DNA from: Amoeboradix gromovi X-113
Taxonomy: Eukaryota; Fungi; Sanchytriomycota
Length of the DNA: 32,000 bases
Direction: 5' to 3'
NCBI GenBank assembly: GCA_018985225.1
Contig: JADGIF010000002.1
Span: 24,145 to 56,144, forward strand
Position 1 is the first letter of the stretch. The number at the start of each line of letters is the position of its first letter. Below, in pieces: positions 27,901 through 32,000 of the stretch. The translations under genes and the position numbers were made by a program. The notes below the pieces were generated by a model that did no database searches, was not told the DNA's origin, and saw only the letters and a program-made list of their open reading frames with translations.

Positions 27901-30900
27901 GTCATTTCTTTTCAAATCTGCTAGTTGGGAATATAAAAGCAAGAAAGGTGTATTCTTGAATGATGTTCTGCATAAATACACCGAGTTTAAAGAGTATTGT
28001 GCATACCGTAACACTTTAAGCATCACCTCAGAATATATAAAACTGGAAATACCTATGATAAAACAGTATGTACACATGAATCAACTTTCTTTTATGTTTA
28101 TATACGGATTTAAAGAACTGGATTACAACAAAATAATCAAATATTCAACATATGTAGAAATTAAGGGTTATTCAACATGGGTATTCAATATTGACTTCTT
28201 GTGCAGCAAGTACAAAGAGAGGCTCTCGCATGACCTAATAAACATTGATAACTTGGAATGTTTCAAAACACGAGCAATGAGGGTTTCTTGTGAAATACAG
28301 AGTGGTATTAACAAAAATGCAGGCGCTCCTAGTTCTAATAGCACTGTTTTATTGAATCCGGACATAGTATTTGAATTTTATCGATATCTACTATTTTTAA
28401 AGGGGAACAAGTCATTGCCAATCAGAACTGGTGCTATATTTAAACCAGATCAATTTACATTCGGTAATACTATACTTCGGCATGTGTTTGACATGCAACT
28501 CAATGTTGATTTTAAGCCATTTAATATGAAGTACATGTTTAATGATAATTATGGCTGCATTGCAAACGGACACGAAATGAAAATTAAATTAGGCATGGAA
28601 AGAGACCTATTGACATATTTCGGATCTAGAAACTGTAAGTGGCTGCTGCAATCATCAGAGATACAATGGATACAAGTTGATATGAAAATGATAAACCACA
28701 ATGTACTGCAAGACTATATGGTTTCACCATTAGTGGTGTATTACCGTAATTGCGATGAGCCACTAATTTCTACTAACAATGTCGCAAATGAAATAATTAA
28801 TTATCAAAGATGGTATATAAAACAATACATAAATGATTTAGAAAAGGAGGTGCATGCATTGCAGTCGAGATTGAATGCCCTGGAGAACCCTGAAGGTGCA
28901 GAGCGCAATGCTGGACCCTTGTTAAACCCTGTGATTAACGACCTGCAGTTTGTACAGCAAGAACTGAATACCTATGAAGAACATCAGCATCTAAGTAACT
29001 TGATAGATAAGAATACAGCAATATTAGATAGAATGAATACTCTTGATATAATGCCGCCCTCTCCAGTAGATGCAGCAGAATTGTTGGGATTTAAGCATCG
29101 GCTCATAATACACAACCCGAAAATACGATTCAACGTTAAGATAAGAGATGTGCTATACAAGTGTATATACTTGCAGGATTTATATAATGGACTAGTAGAC
29201 TACTTGTACTCAATGACTCCTCATATGGCCAACAATCAGGGCAGCAACAATAGTACAAGAAACGCTACAAGAGATGCCACAAACAATCCAAACGAGGACT
29301 CTGCCAACTCTGGGGAATCAGCTACTAAGAAGATTAGAGACATGGAAGAGATAGTGAATGAGCTGTTAAGTCGATCAACGACAAGCCACGTAAAAAGGAG
29401 CTATTTCATACAAATGATAAATGGGCAAATACGAGTTGAAGGAAATAATGCCTTACCAGATGGATTCGCGATATGCTCCAGTCAGAATTTGAGTGTAAAC
29501 GGATACGTGTTGATGGACAAGGAGGAGTGGATTAGGACTATTAACACTTTGAGTATAGATGGATTGAAGATACATGCAGGTCAATTTAACAGCGAGGTCA
29601 ACATAAATAACGGTTATATAGCATACGCCGATATGCTATTGCAGCCTGAGACTGTAGATAGTGAAAATAAGGAATCTAGCCAGTTAAGAAACGTGTTACG
29701 AAACTCTAGTGCATTTTATTATCTGCAAAGATGTAATCCATTGTATAACATAGTAGATAGTACAATAAATCAAGTTAAAAGATCGCAATATGATTTCTGG
29801 TCATTAAACTTCCCTCACTTTCAGTTTGAGAGTCAATCTGATCATTTTATGATCATTAGTGATATGATAAATGATTTTGTATTGTACAAGGACCCATTAA
29901 TGGAACATTTAACAGAGCAAACGCAGGGATTCTTTTTTGCTATGCATTTGAAATCGCATTTGGAGATTGAGTTGATTGCAAACCAGTTACAGAAAGAGAT
30001 CAACAATTTGAGAATAATCAGGGATAGCGATGAAATGACAATGTTCGTAGTATTAGGTGATTTGCCCTTTACTCAAGTTTCTTCTTCTGAACAAGGCATA
30101 CGAGGAATGGTTTTGGACAAACTAGAGCTATTAGAATCCAGGTACTATGCACTGATGAGGGCCAAAAGTAGAATAGTTGATTTTAATGTAAATAAATCAG
30201 AGTCCATGTTGAGTGGCTTTAAAATTACTGCTGATTTGTTAGAATGGACAATGATTGATAACAACGAACCACTTGCGAAAATGACATGTAATGAGTTTGA
30301 ATACTGCTGCGTCGATTATGATGATTTAAGCAGGATTAACATAATACAAATTGAGCAATTTATTTTATTAAATCAAAGTAACAGTGGACCTTTTAAGGAG
30401 CTAATGGCACCGTTGAATGCACCACATGAAATGATACGTATTTATCTTAAAAATAGACCTGCGGTTGCTGGAATAGGTGTAGTTGATTCATTGGTAGTAG
30501 ATATTGCACCAATTAAACTACAAATGACATATGAATTGGGAAAGCGATTAGTTCAGTACATATTCTCACAAAACAAGTTGAATGCTATAAAGAACGTAGC
30601 AATACGAAAGAAATCGAGGGAATCACCGTTGCTGTCAGCACCAGGATTGCATAGGTCTTCGAGCAAGGAGATTGTATTGACAAAATCACCAAGCAGCAAT
30701 TTGGACGTTAATTCTGAACATTCAGAAACAGAATCGCTAACCTTAATAGTACCCGATACGACTACAGCAGATACCGCCGAGATCGAAATGATGAAATTGA
30801 GAAGTATGGCTAATAGGACATTTTATAGAATAGAAATACACAGCTTTCAGCTAATGATTAGCTATATAGGGCAGAAAGAAAGAAATTTAGAGGATTTGAA

Positions 30901-31186
30901 TCAATTTCTGTTCACCATGCCAGCAATGGAATATGCTGACAAAACATGGACATACTTGGATTTTTTAAGGCAGTTAAGAAAGGATGTTTTTAGAGCGGCA
31001 CTATCCCATACAGGACTTATATTAAAAGAAAAAATAATGAGAAGAAAAAAAGAATACCAGGTAGAGTATACGGAAGAAGAAAGCAAGAAAACAGTGATAT
31101 CTACCACAGCTCAACTAATTAAACAGTTGACCAGGTTAAGGAGAGGAAGCGAAGACATAAAAACCCCAAGTGAGGATGAGTCATAG
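24929..31186 (+). CDS. FMP27: Bridge-like lipid transfer protein of the FMP27 / Hobbit / BLTP2 (KIAA0100) family
   Basis: First in-frame ATG at 24929 gives a hydrophobic N-terminal anchor (MFMPLYYFVIIIACFLSMI). DDEFESVLN....IG..EQ..R, LRNYLFPL and WFDVLRWQCHG (GFWDK-like) are present. Apt1-type C-terminus: PAVAGIGVVDSLVVDIAPIKLQM, MKLRSMANRTF, ISYIG, MPAMEYADKTWTYLDFL..LRKD. Confidence 0.9.
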   Translation: MFMPLYYFVIIIACFLSMISKIEIPVRLKGFKGLLKVHLGYKITLEWIYCEISKKPSTEKSKRTFLLREIIHLIRRFVIIKFKDLRIKYTINLQISNLCISYDRKYIASFDTCSGPYFDASKVSISYDKIASVNIESINGDILRLAALYNNLKFGDSNTSPSLLKVELTIYKAILLFHTCKSEFSSIFISVESQIKIKANITVYLQESLILSSRQIDVTYIKSLIPMKMIHNHSLIDIPSSLTVSTVNSTSDFNVHINQIDVLCSTDVVPLIFNFYLSLSDFHSTLKSNSKANFSLSATIQYIMFMHTSDSQQFKLEFFNTIFNKSSISGLALSQLLNFNQTDLPHILRNDIWILMNPVHLHSTHVLVESINISVSSTKEFIVCSSYNFNYSSSTRDAWESLPDTAIRVIDRDLRFDSPDIWMTKSELNQFTINKIIVTVPDPVELVTSIPDMLSTANNISSHSTSNSSSTDLNTTLNIHQISVLLVNDGCKMTCNNTNIAANLAIKCNYITLGNSFADFVQLNDVEYLKYKVKLNGQSNIFPRTDVLTTMLPIIRQAKNVKFRSDSTGPSSSTWSVTCVKPVVVRMINPLNNDAYCTITLNNLYSTASTSAVINCQLITDLFNPTHHELLVMNDLVITIEKDVEVSSSYVNLSLPCWTYNCEPILTGVMLIIKSLSNQSKYSPWMGKLTVNILKGFVTILDDEFESVLNLNLHIGRLEQIKRINRFQLLEQRMGNSPEYSKYYNQLLEYCSNYYIKLNDKYKSDIYNEYKQLIQATSNNNTIPLMIYMVEQCTIKTAPSNIDFDTFRTNTDTSNTREGCGSEEINIKQFRQFDVQCHRVILKLRNYLFPLLSIVGKNKHNVQLAGTYALIQNNSNEKETKMLNINGIEVLNTWQPTKLLIDIKIDLSNDTEMHVTHGPGYESALRYISRSIPKTYSWFGNKELKWFDVLRWQCHGSFNLQLHDDAILRLRVLGSKYANQTPIAPDKCSGVSFLFKSASWEYKSKKGVFLNDVLHKYTEFKEYCAYRNTLSITSEYIKLEIPMIKQYVHMNQLSFMFIYGFKELDYNKIIKYSTYVEIKGYSTWVFNIDFLCSKYKERLSHDLINIDNLECFKTRAMRVSCEIQSGINKNAGAPSSNSTVLLNPDIVFEFYRYLLFLKGNKSLPIRTGAIFKPDQFTFGNTILRHVFDMQLNVDFKPFNMKYMFNDNYGCIANGHEMKIKLGMERDLLTYFGSRNCKWLLQSSEIQWIQVDMKMINHNVLQDYMVSPLVVYYRNCDEPLISTNNVANEIINYQRWYIKQYINDLEKEVHALQSRLNALENPEGAERNAGPLLNPVINDLQFVQQELNTYEEHQHLSNLIDKNTAILDRMNTLDIMPPSPVDAAELLGFKHRLIIHNPKIRFNVKIRDVLYKCIYLQDLYNGLVDYLYSMTPHMANNQGSNNSTRNATRDATNNPNEDSANSGESATKKIRDMEEIVNELLSRSTTSHVKRSYFIQMINGQIRVEGNNALPDGFAICSSQNLSVNGYVLMDKEEWIRTINTLSIDGLKIHAGQFNSEVNINNGYIAYADMLLQPETVDSENKESSQLRNVLRNSSAFYYLQRCNPLYNIVDSTINQVKRSQYDFWSLNFPHFQFESQSDHFMIISDMINDFVLYKDPLMEHLTEQTQGFFFAMHLKSHLEIELIANQLQKEINNLRIIRDSDEMTMFVVLGDLPFTQVSSSEQGIRGMVLDKLELLESRYYALMRAKSRIVDFNVNKSESMLSGFKITADLLEWTMIDNNEPLAKMTCNEFEYCCVDYDDLSRINIIQIEQFILLNQSNSGPFKELMAPLNAPHEMIRIYLKNRPAVAGIGVVDSLVVDIAPIKLQMTYELGKRLVQYIFSQNKLNAIKNVAIRKKSRESPLLSAPGLHRSSSKEIVLTKSPSSNLDVNSEHSETESLTLIVPDTTTADTAEIEMMKLRSMANRTFYRIEIHSFQLMISYIGQKERNLEDLNQFLFTMPAMEYADKTWTYLDFLRQLRKDVFRAALSHTGLILKEKIMRRKKEYQVEYTEEESKKTVISTTAQLIKQLTRLRRGSEDIKTPSEDES

Positions 31187-31194
31187 CAGTAAAT

Positions 31195-31338
31195 AAATAT
31201 TTTTATGTAATACATCGTTAAAATCCTAGTTTTCTGGAAAATCTAGAATTTCTGCAAACGAGTTAGCGATGACAGTCACTCCGTTATAATGGTTGCGCAG
31301 GCTTCGATTTCCTTCAGGAGGCAATTAAATAGGAATGC
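31195..31338 (-). ncRNA. Candidate Fanzor omegaRNA, copy B: scaffold 31338-31215, guide about 31214-31195
   Basis: About 65 of 91 positions identical (hand alignment) to the last 91 nt of the copy A scaffold, with stems retained through base changes. Confidence 0.45.
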
Positions 31339-31558
31339 GTTTCTTTCAAAATGATACTCTTTACCGCCGTATCTCTGCGTCCAAATCACAGTTTATACCG
31401 TTTTAGTCTCCAAAGCGTTACTTTCATTCCATACCTTGAAGTATTTGGACAATTTAATTCATCAATACACTCTGCTAATGTCTTTCCAGTTATTTATCAG
31501 AGATGAGAAACCAGATTATCGAGCTTTCATTACACTACAAATTCTTTGAAAGATAGTT
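31215..31558 (-). mobile_element. Second, heavily decayed Fanzor-element relic, copy B (not in the ORF track)
   Basis: Minus-strand DNA is colinear with copy A: GGAAAGACATTAGCAGAG (GKTLAE vs GKTMVE); TTTGGAGACTAAAACGGTATAAACTGTGATTTGG vs TTTGGAGACAAAAGATGCACAAATTGTCAGTTGG; AVKSIILKETHSY vs AARNIYIKYMHPY; then the ~124-nt 3' region ending TTTTAACGA. Multiple stops and frameshifts. The left boundary is uncertain. Confidence 0.8.
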
Positions 31559-31574
31559 TATTCACGATAAAATT

Positions 31575-32000
31575 TTATTTCATTAAATCTCGAAATACAC
31601 CGCGATTTATTTTGTCAGTCCAACGACCATAAGCGAACTGGAGATATTCGAATTCTGAATTCTTTAATATATTCAAATTAATGTAGGTGAACTCATCAAA
31701 AAAGAAAGCAAAAAATCACAACATGCATCTTGTCACACCACTGCACTAATAATAGAACAATATTCAACGCATAAAAAGTCATTTTAAGCAATGGAGAAAG
31801 ACCTAACTGTGCAATGACAACTTTTGATATCCAGTAATGGTTTTCATATGACATCGACCATATTGATCAATAAATGCTTCACTTTGATATTGGAAGACAA
31901 TCGCTTCAACTGCTTTCTCCCAAATTTGCACAATCATTCCATTCAATACTTGATACTGACATAAAAATGGTAGACAATACTTTTGGATAAATGGGAAACT
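31575..32000 (-). pseudogene. Possible 3' end of a frameshifted or spliced gene entering from the right edge
   Basis: Three successive protein-like frames (SFPFIQKY...LSLHS*, VVIAQLG...FCFLF*, FFDEFTYINL...FRDLMK*); the last stop overlaps AATAAA. No family recognised. Confidence 0.25.

Noticed and set aside
1-32000. CRISPR arrays, tRNA/rRNA genes, intact transposase
   Set aside because: No regularly spaced repeats, cloverleafs, rRNA-like tracts or transposase ORFs were seen by eye. A short tRNA could have been missed.

Overview
A compact, AT-rich, almost intron-free eukaryotic segment read in the standard genetic code. The genes look fungal, and the presence of IFT38/CLUAP1 points to a flagellated early-diverging lineage; a sanchytrid/chytrid-grade genome is my inference only. 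It carries divergent housekeeping genes: cytoplasmic dynein heavy chain (5'-truncated by the window), a Laa2/aftiphilin-like AP-1 accessory protein, an Ash1/Set2-type H3K36 methyltransferase (probably with a 20-nt intron), an orphan 468-aa gene, NOT1, CLUAP1/IFT38, TPP2 and FMP27/BLTP2. The main discovery is two diverged relics of a eukaryotic TnpB-derived, Fanzor2-like RNA-guided nuclease element: copy A at 12826-13250 (+) and copy B at about 31215-31558 (-), the latter absent from the ORF track. They share a ~124-nt structured 3' region with apparent compensatory base changes. Their similarity stops abruptly after TTTTAACGA, which marks a candidate element right end and omegaRNA scaffold/guide boundary. 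Also noted: an unexplained ~170-nt multi-hairpin element downstream of NOT1 and a saw-tooth G/C skew across the long genes. All alignments, folds and counts were done by hand.
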